A stretch of DNA of 64,000 nt from assembly GCA_040954595.2 (NCBI GenBank), contig CM082592.2:5231015-5295014 (forward strand). Reading direction: 5' to 3'. Of the stretch, positions 63,410 through 64,000 are shown one piece after another. A model generated the notes under the pieces. That model searched no databases. It was not told the DNA's origin and saw only the letters and a program-made list of their open reading frames with translations. The DNA is from Balanoglossus misakiensis (Eukaryota; Animalia; Hemichordata). Each line of letters begins with the position of its first letter. Positions within the stretch are counted from its first letter, which is position 1. Position numbers and translations under genes: made by a program.

Positions 63410-64000
63410 TCTTTAAAGGGGAAGTTCAGTCCAGATTAAATTTAAATATGTGCTAGCTTTGGGTTTGGTTCTTCGGGGGAAATGGAAAAGTATAATGGCG
63501 GAAGTTCCATTCTAGGTCTTCTTCAACTTACTGTAATTTGAATTATGGGGAAAACTTGACTTGACTTCCGCCATGGAAACCTACCGCGAGTACATGTACT
63601 AGACAATTTAACAATCAGCAACTGTGCTGTCAGCAGCCTTCTTGGTGTGGCGGAGAGATGTTGTGGAAATGAATCCAACACTAGCAATGACATATCTGAT
63701 TTCTTCATGGGTCTTGAAAATTTGACCACCATTTAATTATCGCTGCTACCCCGATTGCGAGCAGACAAACAACAACAAAACTAAGTTGCATTCTCTTTGA
63801 ACAGGTCCTTGAGCCCCTGGAGACTTCCCTTGTCTTCATGGCCTGTCGAGGGCCACAGCTGGTAGACACATGCGTTTGAGTCCCAGATACTGGATGAAAA
63901 AGCAATAACCAGAGTCATGAAACAAGTCTTTAACATGTGTCTCAAGCATCCAGGGTAATGTGGTAGAATTGTGGCATATTGAGTTAATGTACATTAGCAC

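Noticed and set aside
63523-63905. Two short overlapping minus-strand ORFs, one with a hydrophobic stretch
   Set aside because: Different frames, no recognisable motif, no consistent splice pattern, and repeat-rich surroundings.
1-64000. CRISPR arrays, rRNA, tRNA, snoRNA, U12 introns, intact transposase or reverse transcriptase
   Set aside because: No repeat-spacer arrays, cloverleafs or convincing C/D box pairs were seen. All reconstructed introns are ordinary GT-AG, and no long unexplained ORF has catalytic motifs. Small ncRNAs could be missed without a covariance-model search.

Overview
Eukaryotic (animal) genomic DNA, AT-rich, with spliced genes and GT-AG introns. No prokaryotic features, CRISPR arrays, rRNA or tRNA were seen. 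A non-vertebrate animal, probably a deuterostome, is inferred from the single HNF1-type gene, compact introns and repeat style. Six genes were reconstructed exon by exon: ataxin-2 (minus, runs off the left edge), ALKBH2 (minus), SPPL3 (minus), HNF1 (plus), CUSTOS/C12orf43 (minus) and an SLC35E4-like transporter (plus). The SPPL3(-)/HNF1(+)/C12orf43(-) trio matches the order and orientation recalled for the human HNF1A locus at 12q24.31. Candidate HNF4, FoxA, HNF1 and DR5 retinoic-acid motifs cluster around HNF1. Non-coding DNA holds several MITE families and three tiny CATRG...CYATG fold-back inserts with 7-bp target duplications. One has exactly 17-bp arms, as expected for a P-element excision footprint. 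All protein identifications rest on recalled motifs, not on database searches.
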